A stretch of 64,000 nucleotides of DNA, taken from the NCBI GenBank assembly GCA_027604505.1, contig JADIIX010000060.1, positions 1-64,000 of the forward strand, read 5' to 3'. Below, piece by piece: positions 1 to 10,544 of the stretch. The stretch's first letter is position 1, and each line of letters starts with the position of its first letter. The DNA is from Gonapodya sp. JEL0774. Lineage: Eukaryota. Position numbers and translations under genes: made by a program. Under the pieces are notes generated by a model that saw nothing but the letters and a program-made list of their open reading frames with translations, was not told where the DNA came from and ran no database searches.

Positions 1-1038
1 CCCCAAATCATCTCCGGAGTCCAAATCCAGTGTATACAAATTATTGTGTCACCAATGGTATCATCCAAGACTTCACAGATTTATCCTTCTGCAGGACTCC
101 ACACAATTCATCAGCCACTGTAGCATACAATGCTGCCAGTACTACATTGTTTTTCTTGTCCCAAACACTTTGGAGTTCAATTTCAGTTGGACGTCCTTCC
201 TTCCCATTCAAGATCCCAAGCAAGCCTTGCGCATCCAGCTCAACCTCAACTTTGTCTCTCCACCCTGCAAACTTTTCTGCAGACTCTAACACTCCCACAG
301 TTTTCTTGAAAGAGTGGGAGGAAAAGGTGTTCTCCATTTCTGTATGCTCCACACACACTTGTCAACACCAAACTGCCAAGAACTTCACAAATGGGAATTC
401 CAGATCCTTCTGAGAAAACAAAATATAGAGTTTGATCAGACAATTCTAGTTATACCAGAAAAGTCTGATGTAACAAGTTTGAAGAGTTGGGGTGATCAGC
501 AGAACTCTCAACACAGCACCACCACCCAAAGTTCACTAGATTTCGTTTTGACCTGAAAATTTCACAGTAGACACGTCCCAATGACTCGAGTTTGATGTCT
601 GAGTCGCCCTTAGAACAAGCCGCTGACCGTGGAGAGAAGTGACCAAGAAAATGTCTTCGATTTTTCGGTTTTCGGGGTTTTGACCGCGAACGACTGCTCC
701 AATTCCAAAACCGACAACGCCAATCAATTCCTCGTGTAATTTAGCGTCGGAATCGACTACTCAAAGTCCAAATTTGGCCTCGAATTGAGGCCCGAAATCG
801 TCCTTTCGATCTGCCAGAAGAATCAACGATCCTCTATCAATTCTCCACCAAAACACGTCGAACTAACGCCAATCGATAGCAAATAGAAGCGTTATTGCCT
901 CCACGAAATTTCAAATCAAACCGTCAGCTGGTTCACAAGCGATTGCGCCTGGGGTTTTCAACTCAGCACTTCTACAGGACCACACTCCACTTCCTCTGAT
1001 CCACTGATTCTGATCTGGTTTAAGCACGTTGAGGTCCC

Positions 1039-1050
1039 GGGCTCATAACC
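1039..1050 (-). promoter_or_regulatory. Primer binding site, copia/Ty5 half-tRNA-iMet type
   Basis: GGTTATGAGCCC on the minus strand immediately after the LTR-terminal CA. Confidence 0.75.
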
Positions 1051-1259
1051 TGTTAAGCGGTGTGATATGCGTATTCAAAACACATTCGCACAAAAGGCTT
1101 AATCTAGTTTATCCGACGATCATAGTACCATCCCCAAGTGTGTGCACCAAGTTACCCACGTTCCCTAGTGTAGCTCACTAACCTATTACACTACGACAAA
1201 ACTGTAAAGGACAAACTTGTAGAGAATTTTCGCAAATAATTATGGCATCATGTCCAACA
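1051..1259 (-). repeat. Putative LTR (about 209 bp)
   Basis: Bounded by TGTT (1051) and AACA (1259) and abuts the PBS at 1039-1050. The partner LTR is not in the window. Confidence 0.6.
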
Positions 1260-1289
1260 CCATAGGAACTTCCCATGTCATGCAACTAC

Positions 1290-1441
1290 ATCTCTTCCTG
1301 TCTTGATGCGTGATAATCAAGGAGCACTCAATCTTGCAAGAAATCCAGTTCTCCACAAACAGACCTAACACATTGATTTGAAGTATCATTTTATCAGAGA
1401 ACAGTTACAGAACAATCTGCTTAAGCTCACATACTGTCCTA
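1290..1441 (+). pseudogene. Ty1/copia RNase H fragment
   Basis: Translates DNQGALNLARNPVLHKQT*HIDLKYHFIREQ, the copia RNase H motif DNQ.A..LA.NP..H.RTKHID..YHFIRE, with an in-frame TAA at 1366-1368. Confidence 0.85.
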
Positions 1442-1561
1442 TGTTGGAACTCCAAACTTGTCTTTTCTCACACACAACACACTGCATGGGAAAATGAGCT
1501 GTTTATATGTACTTTGAACTGCTGTGCCACACAGGCCACAGTGATGACTCATCCAACCACT

Positions 1562-1640
1562 TCCCCAAATTATCTCTGGAGTCCAAATCCAACGCATACA
1601 AATTATTGTGTCACCAATGGTATGTCACCCAAGACTTCAC
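1562..1640. repeat. Diverged second copy of the gag segment at 1-80
   Basis: ccccaaattatctctggagtccaaatcc...aaattattgtgtcaccaatggta...caagacttcac closely matches bases 1-78. Confidence 0.8.
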
Positions 1641-1705
1641 ATCCTACAAAGAGCAACACTGCAGATGTGATGAACAAGCCATTGTCCACACCAGATTTTG
1701 AAAGA

Positions 1706-4700
1706 CATTGTGCAGGAATGGGATTGGGAGCTGTTGGTTAGTTGGATTGGAAACAATACACTGGAGTGTTTTGTTTGGTTTGCAACGGTAGTGGGAACAA
1801 AAATTAATTTTGATATGTAGCAAGGGTAGTGGGAGCAAAAATTCATTTGGATTTGTAGCACAGAAAAAAATTTTGGCACTGGAAACTAAAATTTAGGACA
1901 AAGTATTGTGTTGTTGCATTTGAAAAGCACTTTTGATGTGAATGAAAATTGTCTAGTATCGGAGCTGAAAAGATGCTATACATGTAAAGAAAATACTTGA
2001 AGTTGATTGGTACTTGGAGAACAGTTGAATTTATTCATTTGGTTCAGTTGTTGAGAAGTTGTGGAATGATAGCATGGACCAAAGACTTTTCCCCCTGGGG
2101 GAAATACAAGCAAAGCGGCAACAGTCCTTGCACTCTGCTTGGAATATTAAATGAGTTTAGGGCTTCAAAATGATGCCCAAATGGACTTGATATGTGCCTT
2201 ATTGGTGGAGATATGGATGTTTGGAATTTGCTCTGGCCAGCCAAGATGTATGTACCTGGCCAAAATGTCATTTTGAAATCCAACATATGCTACAATTCAC
2301 CACTCAGGTGTTCTTATAAATCTACTGAAAAGTAGTTGGCAGACTTGAAGTGGTTTAATTCATCCAATAAAGAAATGAAGATTAAAGTACAATCCAATCA
2401 CTTTCCATTCAGGTCTTGTGAGAGGGCTTCCTTTTGGCTTCTTCATATGTTGTATTATTCCTGGTGAAGAGGGTGCTGTGATGTACATCCTGGTTGATGC
2501 ACCTCTCAACACTTTTTGAAGCTCCAGTGCAGTAAGGCCGCCTGCATAATTTGCATTTGGCCATATGATGGTTTTCAGGTGACAGCCAACATCGATCTTT
2601 TTGAATTTTTGCAGGACATTTCTGTTCTCCACAACACACACAAGTTCTCTCCTTTCTCTTCTTTTTGGCAGGGAGATCATCATCATTAATTGCATCTTGA
2701 GATGCATTGTGGCGCTTATTCACGGCAAATACACCAAGTGGGATGGGGCAGAAAACAGGGAGAATTGGAATGATATCACTCTGAGAGTCATTTTGTGACT
2801 CTGGTAGCCCAGAACTCATCGTGGCATTCTACACACTCCTCTGAGATAGTGTCTATTCCTCTATAACAGGTATTGTAATACCATGGTAATTGCTATTCTA
2901 CATCAACCAAGTGATAACATACCCACCTTCAATAAATTGTGAACCAGAACCCAAACTTTCCAAGAAGTCAGCCCAATATCCTGCCCATCATCTCCACTTT
3001 CAATACTTTCAGGGTCAGAAGCCCCTGATGAGGAATCATCATTTTCCGCATAAAAGTTGGTAGCATTTGGTAATGGATCCAATACTGGTGGAAACATAGA
3101 AACACCATTGCCCTCAAGTGCACCTAGCATCTTGGTAGCAGTTGAAGTATCATTATCACGTTTTATGTTACGCCTGCCAACAGATGAAAGGTCGCTTTTT
3201 TGATAATACTTTTTCACTGCCTCTGGAGTTTTCCTAAATATCTCAAGTCCATCAGCCTGTCTGTAAAACATTTCTGCCATTCTCTTAAAGTCAGGAACTG
3301 TCAAGGAGACCCCATTTGGATCAAATCTTACAGCTGGAAGCAACTTCTTGAATAATGCCATTTCCTTTTCCTGTGAACTGGCATAAAAGGAACTATTGAC
3401 TTTTGTTGCACAGCAAGGTACTGCATAGATTCTTTCATCCCTTCAACTAAGTCACACACATGAAGGTCCTGAGTGGAATGATGTATGAACTGGTGCTATC
3501 AATTTGCTCTCTTCTGGGAGCTTGTAAAGATCAGTGTTTTCCATCATGAAAATATCAGCTCTCCTGAGAATACAAAAGTATCCCACTGAATGCTATTTAT
3601 AAGGTCAAAATCATATGTTCCATAGTCTGGCGTAGATCTTAGTAAATGGTCCCTCCGGAGGTTGTGGCAAAACTGGAATGTCAACATAACATCTGTCATA
3701 TATCAAGCTCCAGCGTTTTGGGAACCAAACTTGGCTATGATTTGGCTATTGATGCCTTAGACAGAGGATGTGCCCTGGAGGCATGTGTATATTGTGTGTG
3801 TATTGGAAGTCCATATCTGTCAACTGAGATTTTGCGGTACAATGAGACAGAAGGGGGTGTCAGATCCGCCCCTCCTTAGCATCTTTCAGAACCTCAAGTA
3901 ATTTCTTTTGTCCAGTCTCAGTCATTAATGGAATGCCTTTTATTGGATCTAGAATAGCTCCATATTCATATACACCATCAACAACCTGCATTCTTTGCCA
4001 AAGTAGGTGAGACTCTGCTACACACTTTCTTAGACACTTGTTTGCCCAGTCAACCTTTGCAGGGGACTTCATGTACTCTTCCAAAAAGTCACATTCAAAC
4101 TTGTTTTGAATAACCTTAGTCACTGCTGCTCTGTCTTCAGGGTGAATTATAAAAACAGCATTGCTCAAGTCTCTTGTGCAATCAGAAACCAAGCAGTGCC
4201 CCTTACTAAATCCAATTTTATTGAATTCATGAAAGGTATCAGCAATGACCATGGTCTTGGGTGCAACCCTTAACTAGAAGTATTTGGTGTGGAGCTTTGC
4301 AGTTTTTCACTGACTGTAGAAAGAGCCAAGTTATCTCCTTGAATCAAAGATTCTGTGTCCACAAGTAGTTTGAAGCCATCCCATTTTCATAGGTGATGAA
4401 GTCATCAAGAGTGATAAGTGCTTTTCTACCACCTCTCTGAGGTTCTGGGTATGGAGCTACTGTAGCTGGATAATGTACAGCAGTCACAACAATAAAAGCA
4501 TGACGTTCAGTGATGTGATGACCATGGTACGGACTTCCAACTGTGGGGGGTGCACAGAGTTCTCCTTCAGCAATTGCTCTGATCTGTTCTGACCTTAGCA
4601 ATAGTGCCACCTTTGTTCCCTGGTGTGGCATAGATTTCCTTTCTGATAAACGTTGTCTACCTTCTGGACATTGGATAAGGTGTTGATGTACAAGTTGGAG

Positions 4701-6253
4701 AGCATACACATTTAATGCAGCATACTTCAGAAAATGGTCTGTGAAGAAGGTCTCTGCTTGAATATGCAGGATTAACCCTCAGATATTCATCTTTGGAGAG
4801 ATGCATATTCAACAACTTTGCCACAAGATCTTGCAATGAGCCATCCACATTGGATATTAAGCCTCAAGAGAAGCACATCCTGCTGATATCCTTTACTGAG
4901 GACATTGGAATGTGAACATTCCAGTCCCGCTTAATTTTAGCAACATCTCCACCAGATGATAGTCCAAGTTTTATAACATTAGGATCCTCGGGCAGTTGTT
5001 TGAGAGATTGTGGAAACTCCTTTTGCTTTGTGCTGTAAAGTAATCTTGGAATATGGAAAACCCATATGAGCTCATTGTTTGGGATAGCAATCTGGACTGT
5101 CCCAATGTCATAAATCTGTGTTGGTCTATCCCTATCATTCCCCTTGGTAACACACCATTCCATATCCATAAAGATTACTCTTTCGGAGTTTCTTTCAACT
5201 TTCTTATATATGTCATCAACTATCTCTGATACAGTTGTCAGCCCACTTTGGATATAAAGTATGACACCATCAGGAACTTAAAGGATTGGTAGACCTTCCA
5301 TGTTATCAATATAGGGTTGCAAATCAGCAGACAGTGTTGGAAACTTTTTCTCCAATAAGGATCTCTCACTAACAGGTATGTCTGTGTAAGCCACAACTGG
5401 CTGAGGAAGGTGAAGTAAATCAATACTGTGTTTGACTTCCTGTAGAAGTTGTCCTGTAGCATCATGGCTGACTGATTGCACCATGGCACCTTTTCTTATT
5501 TTTCCATCCCCATTTGCAAGCACAAAAAGGTGCTGCACCAACAGACTGTCCCTCAAAGCGTACACCTCTCTTAATAATCTAGTATTGAATGGTCAGACTG
5601 CACAAGGCAAGGTGAAACTGCTAGAATCAATTTGCCTTGTATGTGTGATCCATGGCCATTATCTTCATGGGAACCCTCTGAGCACAAGCTTGATATAATG
5701 GGTGCAGTCTCTCAGAATGCAGCATGATGCTGTTCCTCCACCATGAAGCTAACAAATACTGCATGTGAGACACAAGTATAAGACGGTATTGGAAAATGCA
5801 CCCATCACTTGGAACAAAGCCATTGTACTTGGTGCGATCATTAAAATCCCCAAAAGCAGGCTTTGAAAATTTATGCTTCAAAGGAATATGATGGAACAAG
5901 CTCTCTGCATTTGCCTTTTCATGCTGAAGTCTTGCGAGAAATAACGCAGCGTTGTCATACTGTGCATGACATTTAAGGAATTCCGCTTCGTGTAACTCCA
6001 GCATCCATTTGCTGAAGGCACTGATAGATATACCTGCATTTTGTGCTGAAAGAAGCTCTCTCAAAAGTGTGACATCAACTGCCAATTTATGAGACAGAAA
6101 AAATGGAAATGACAGTTGGATGAAAGTTGGAAGTCCCCGAAGAAAGTCACTGTATTGGGTTGCGTTTGAATGTCAAATAGCTCAACTACAAACAGTGATC
6201 AAAGGATGCCCATAGACTCATTGTAACCACCTTGAAGAGTGATACGTTTTGAT
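1706..6253 (-). mobile_element. Decayed putative DNA transposon: DUF6729-like domain, DDE-like core, inserted DEDDy 3'-5' exonuclease and Cys-rich C-terminus
   Basis: Collinear minus-strand fragments: LPTFIQLSFPFFLSHKLAVD (DUF6729-like), MDHTYK, AYTD, MDMEW...TVQIA...LKQLPEDPNVIKLG...GDVAKIKRDW (WRN-like exonuclease), IADTFH, CLQGTSSV*G, RTCVCC...CKLC. Many stops and frameshifts. Boundaries are approximate. Confidence 0.7.
1782..1860. repeat. 38-bp tandem repeat (2+ units), probable subterminal repeat of the adjacent DNA element
   Basis: gcaacggtagtgggaacaaaaattaattttgatatgta / gcaagggtagtgggagcaaaaattcatttggatttgta. Confidence 0.7.
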
Positions 6254-9200
6254 TGTTGAGCAACCTCTCTAGCGTTCCTGGTTGTGGAGTTATGCAGTGA
6301 GCAGTTGGACTTGGAGTGTGGGGCAAGAGTGTAGTACTAGTGACCACAGTAGTGCATAGAGACTGAGCGATTGATAGCAATATAGTGACATTGCAACCCC
6401 CCCCCAACCCCACAAAAACTCATTAGGTTGTGAGCCTGGAGCTCTGAAGGTGGAAATTTGGACGGAATTCGACACTGAATCGGGTCTCCCATTCATGCCA
6501 TGTCAAATCAACCGTTAGCGACACACAAAAGTACAATCCACTGGCAAAAAGAGTTACAACAAAACGCAATGGAATGGACAATGAACTGTATGGATGGGGA
6601 GTGCAAGGGAGCAAATTCAGGCGATCCCCGGGACATGGAACATCGTCATTGGAGCAAAGAAACGTCCAGAGGACCCACCGGCGACAGCAAACAGATAAGT
6701 TAAGACCAAGATTGAGGCAAAACAGGAGAAATGGGATGAGGCTGATCAGGGATTGAAAGCGGCTTTGATCTCATCATTGCTGACGATCTTTTCCTGTCAA
6801 TTGAGGACTGCAACACATCGGCAGAGCTGTGGGAGCATCTGCAAGCAACTTACCATGGAAATAAAAAATCAGAGGAGTTTATCAAGAGGCAGGCGCTTGA
6901 AGATATACGGATGGATGGAACTGTGACGGAATACCTCGCAACTTTCAGCAAACTCAAAAACAAGTACAAAGCAACTGGTGGAGCTTTGTCACTGTCAGAT
7001 GAGCAAAGGATCTTCTTGGAGGGTGCAAAGCACTGGTCTGCCTATGTTTACAATCAATTCACCCTTTCCTCCGATTCTACCCCTGCAACTGTCTGCTGTC
7101 GCTGATATTGCGAATGCACTTCGAAACACCAAGATTCAGGTTCGGCTCAACGGTGCTGAAGCAAACACAGTGGAGCGTGGTTGAGTCCAGACTGATGGAA
7201 ATTGAAGGTCCGCAACCATGTTTGAGAGATGCAACCGATGTTTTGGATATGGACATTTTGGTCGTGACTGCGCCACACCAGCAGAGTGGGCGAGTGAGTC
7301 CAGAGAAGATTCAGAGGAAATAAGGGTGACTGGGGAAGATCCCGCAGTGATGGCCGTGGAGTACCAGGCAGCCACAGAGGTACAGGGAAACTTGGTGGTT
7401 ATCGTGGAGGTGGAATGAACAAGAGTGACGGAACCTGGAGAGGAGCCAGTCGCGGAAGTAGTAGAGGGTCGTGGAGGTGGAGGATATGGTGGCTTCTATA
7501 CAAGGGTTTATTTTGCAGAAGAGGATATTGAGGATGGATATGACATAGATGGCGGTGTAGAGGAGGAGGAGAATACAGAGAACTTTTCTCAGCATTCAAA
7601 TGCAGGCCAATATCTTGGATCGTGTTGTACTGTCAGGTGAGTGGAAGTGAAGCCCTGTCCCGAATCACTTTTCTTCTCTGCACTGTGGCGCAGCATTGCC
7701 ACAATCGGCCGCAGCGTGGGACTCCCTCCCCTCCCCTCCAGCCCCACTGCTCAAAGTCACAGGTGGTCACCCCCCCTTAGACTTTTGCTCATGGGTCCGT
7801 CCAGGAGGGGACAATCAATCCTCTAGCTTTCAAACTTTACAGAATTTTGATGCAGATAAGAGCACAGTTGGGTTGCTTGCTTATGATTCTACACTTGATC
7901 CAAATGGTGAGCCAATGGCTCTGAATGCTCATGCCTTTCCTGCAGCAGCCAGCAGATCTCACAGAGTTTTAGTTGATTCTGGTGCAACTGATTGCATCAC
8001 TTCTGAGCATTCTGCTCTCAAGGATTTTGTCTTAGAACCCATCACCATTAGAATGGCTGCAGAGGGTCAGACCTCAAAAGCCCTTGGGAGGGGAACTTTA
8101 ACATTGAGATTTCACAGCACTGATTCTTATTCTGATTGGGATATTCCCAATGTCATTCTTGATCCTAAAGCTAGATCAACTTTGCTGTCTACAAAGTCTT
8201 TGCAGAAACTTGGCATAACTGCAACTTTTCCTGGTTCCACAAATGAATGTGTTTTCTTTGACAGCAATGGACATGAACTATGCAGAGGAATGTCTCGTAG
8301 CCAACATTTGTATGACATGCCTATTTCCATTTTCTCAAAGACAACTGCTTTAAGTCAACACACAACTCTGGTGCTGGAAGAGCCAGATGTTGAAGGAGAA
8401 GGGGACCTTGACCCTGTAATGCGAGAAAAGTCAAGGGGTACAAAGTTGGTGCTGGAAGAGCCATGTAAACCCGCTTGCAAAGCAGAAGTAAAGAGAATCA
8501 GGTCCAAGTGGAAGACTATAAGTAAGTCTGACAATCATGTGGTGGCCAAGTCAGATCTGAAGTCCAGTCACAATCTTGCATTAGCTCATGTCAGATATGC
8601 ACATTTGAATTTCAAGGACCTTTTTGAGCTGATTAAAGCTAGCAAAGTGGAGGGGTGTGATCCGAGAGGGAGTTATCACCCAATTGCATGTGAAGGATGT
8701 CTTTTGGGGAAAGCTTCAAAGCTCCCATTCAACTTGCCACCAAGGCAGAAAGCAACAAGACCTGGTGGTAGGGTATTGCAGACATCTTTTGACCTGTAAG
8801 GACTGAAAGCATTCACCATGAAAGGTACATGCTACTTGTTGTGGATGAAGCAACCCATGTCTTCATGCCATATTTCCTGAAGAGCAAAGATGAAGCTTCT
8901 GGTAAATTGAGAGAGTATAAGATTACCATGGAGAAGCAGTACCCAGGTTTCAAAATCAAGATTTTCAGAAGTGATAGGGCCAACAAAATACCGCTCAATA
9001 TTCAGATGCAACAGTGGATGAGATCCCATGGGATCAGGGATGAGGAAAGTCCATCTCACACCCCTGAACATAACAGCACTGCTGAGAGGGGTAATCACAC
9101 AGTCATTGAACCAGCCAGAGTTATCATGGTGATGAACAAATTACCTAAGTTCTTGTGGTCTGAAATGAGTAGAGCTGTAGTACATACTATCAATCACAAG

Positions 9201-9730
9201 CCATCAAGTGCAATTGGAAGGAGAATCCCATTGGAAGTTTTGACTGGGTAACCTGTGAACACATCTCACCTCAGGTCTTTGTATTAAATAAGGAAGATAG
9301 TCGTGACAAATTTGATGCAAAAGCTGACAAGTGTAAGCTTGTGGGGTATGAATCAGATCATGGAACCTACAGACTCTATGATCCAACTAAAAGAACCATC
9401 CTTGTCAGTCAGGATGTTCAAATTACTGAGGAGTCTTTTTTCAACAAACATTATTTTGCAGACTGTTCTGTGCCATCATCAATTGGTATGCCTATTGTCC
9501 CTAAAGAGTCAGCAACAACAGGAAGACCTATTCGTTATCAGCAACTCGATGGTCCTGATAGTGATGATGACAATGACAATACTCATAGTCATCCACTTGC
9601 ACCTGCACCAGATCCATTAAGAAGACACCATCCTGGTGTAAATAGTGGAGCATCTCTTGGGACAAATCCAGCACAACCTGTAGATATTGGGCAGATCAAG
9701 TTCAGCACCAGTAGCTGGCACCAATAACTT
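6254..9730 (+). mobile_element. 3'-truncated Ty1/copia retrotransposon (LTR, PBS, gag, protease, pre-integrase, integrase, SH3-like; no RT seen)
   Basis: TGTTGAG start at 6254; PBS-like GGTTGTGAGCC at 6426; zinc knuckle CNRCFGYGHFGRDC; protease VLVDSGAT; HVRYAHLN...CEGCLLGK; integrase VVDEAT / FRSD / TPEHNSTAER; GYESDHGTYRLYDP. Frameshifted. Confidence 0.9.
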
Positions 9731-10212
9731 AAAGCCACCAATTAATGGTTTTTTTCCTGCCCCTTTCATCCTTCCTTGTTCCACATTTTTGAGACAGCTC
9801 TCCACACGCCAACAATCACAAGATTACATGGGAGAAAAAGTGCTGGAGAAGAGCAAACTCACAATTATCCTTCCTATAAGCACTCCAAAAGCTTCCAGAG
9901 CCAATCCTTGCCTCTGCAATCAATGGTCCATCGATACCCAAGGCATTATCCTGAACAAAAAATAGTGTGGAGTATCGGTGGAGGCAGATGCGTTGTGCGC
10001 AGAAAAGTACAGAAACTGTGACTGGGCCAAGAGCAAACCTGAAAATGGTTGCACCTGCCAAGCTTTTGTGCTCTGCTGCACATTAACACCCAAGCTTCCC
10101 ACACAGTCTCAGATATTGACAAGATTGAGAAGAAACTACTCACTGCAATGCGACAATATTTTAGAACCACTTTGTCAATATCTAGAGTCAAAACCAAAAT
10201 TAAAATATCTAC

Positions 10213-10515
10213 ATGGGTCAGATAAGAGATTCACAAGATGGGGCAGATTGGAGAAAGTTTTGGATTTGGTTCAGAATTGCAACATCTCATAGGGTCAGAT
10301 TAGAGAAGTACAAAAGATGGGTCAGATTAGAGAAAAAGTTTGTCCGTAAGGCAGACAGGAGACAAGCATGGGTCAGAAAAAAGATGAACACATGCGTCAG
10401 AAAAGAGACTTTGTTGGGTCAGGAAAAAGTGATGAGGGTCAGATACAAGAATGTCATTGGGTCGGAAAAGAGGGGGGTTGGGGGTCGGGGAAAAGGATTT
10501 TCCTTGGTGCACTGT
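10213..10515. repeat. Array of degenerate GGGTCAGA motifs ending in GGGG..GGGGAAAAGG; probable transposon terminus
   Basis: About 9 copies of (T/A)GGGTCAGA-like words between 10213 and 10470. Confidence 0.6.
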
Positions 10516-10544
10516 GATCCACAGCATTTGCTGCATATACTGAA

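Larger units (their letters stand above)
1..1259 (-). mobile_element. Ty1/copia LTR retrotransposon 5' part (LTR, PBS, UTR, degenerate gag N-terminus); runs off the window start
   Basis: The minus ORF 41-358 (LESAEKFAGWRDKVEVELDAQGLLGIL...WDKKNNVVLAALYATV) resembles a copia gag N-terminus. On the minus strand ...TTAACA is followed directly by GGTTATGAGCCC, a copia-type PBS. Confidence 0.8.

Noticed and set aside
1706..1730. Terminal inverted repeat pairing with 10490-10515
   Set aside because: Only a few matching bases (cattgtgca versus cacagtgca); no convincing TIR or TSD.
9870..9915. IGSGSFWSAYR as a kinase glycine-rich loop
   Set aside because: No other kinase motifs nearby.
10213..10470. 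Repeat array as a CRISPR-like locus
   Set aside because: Repeats are 8-9 nt, degenerate and irregularly spaced; the context is eukaryotic with no cas genes.
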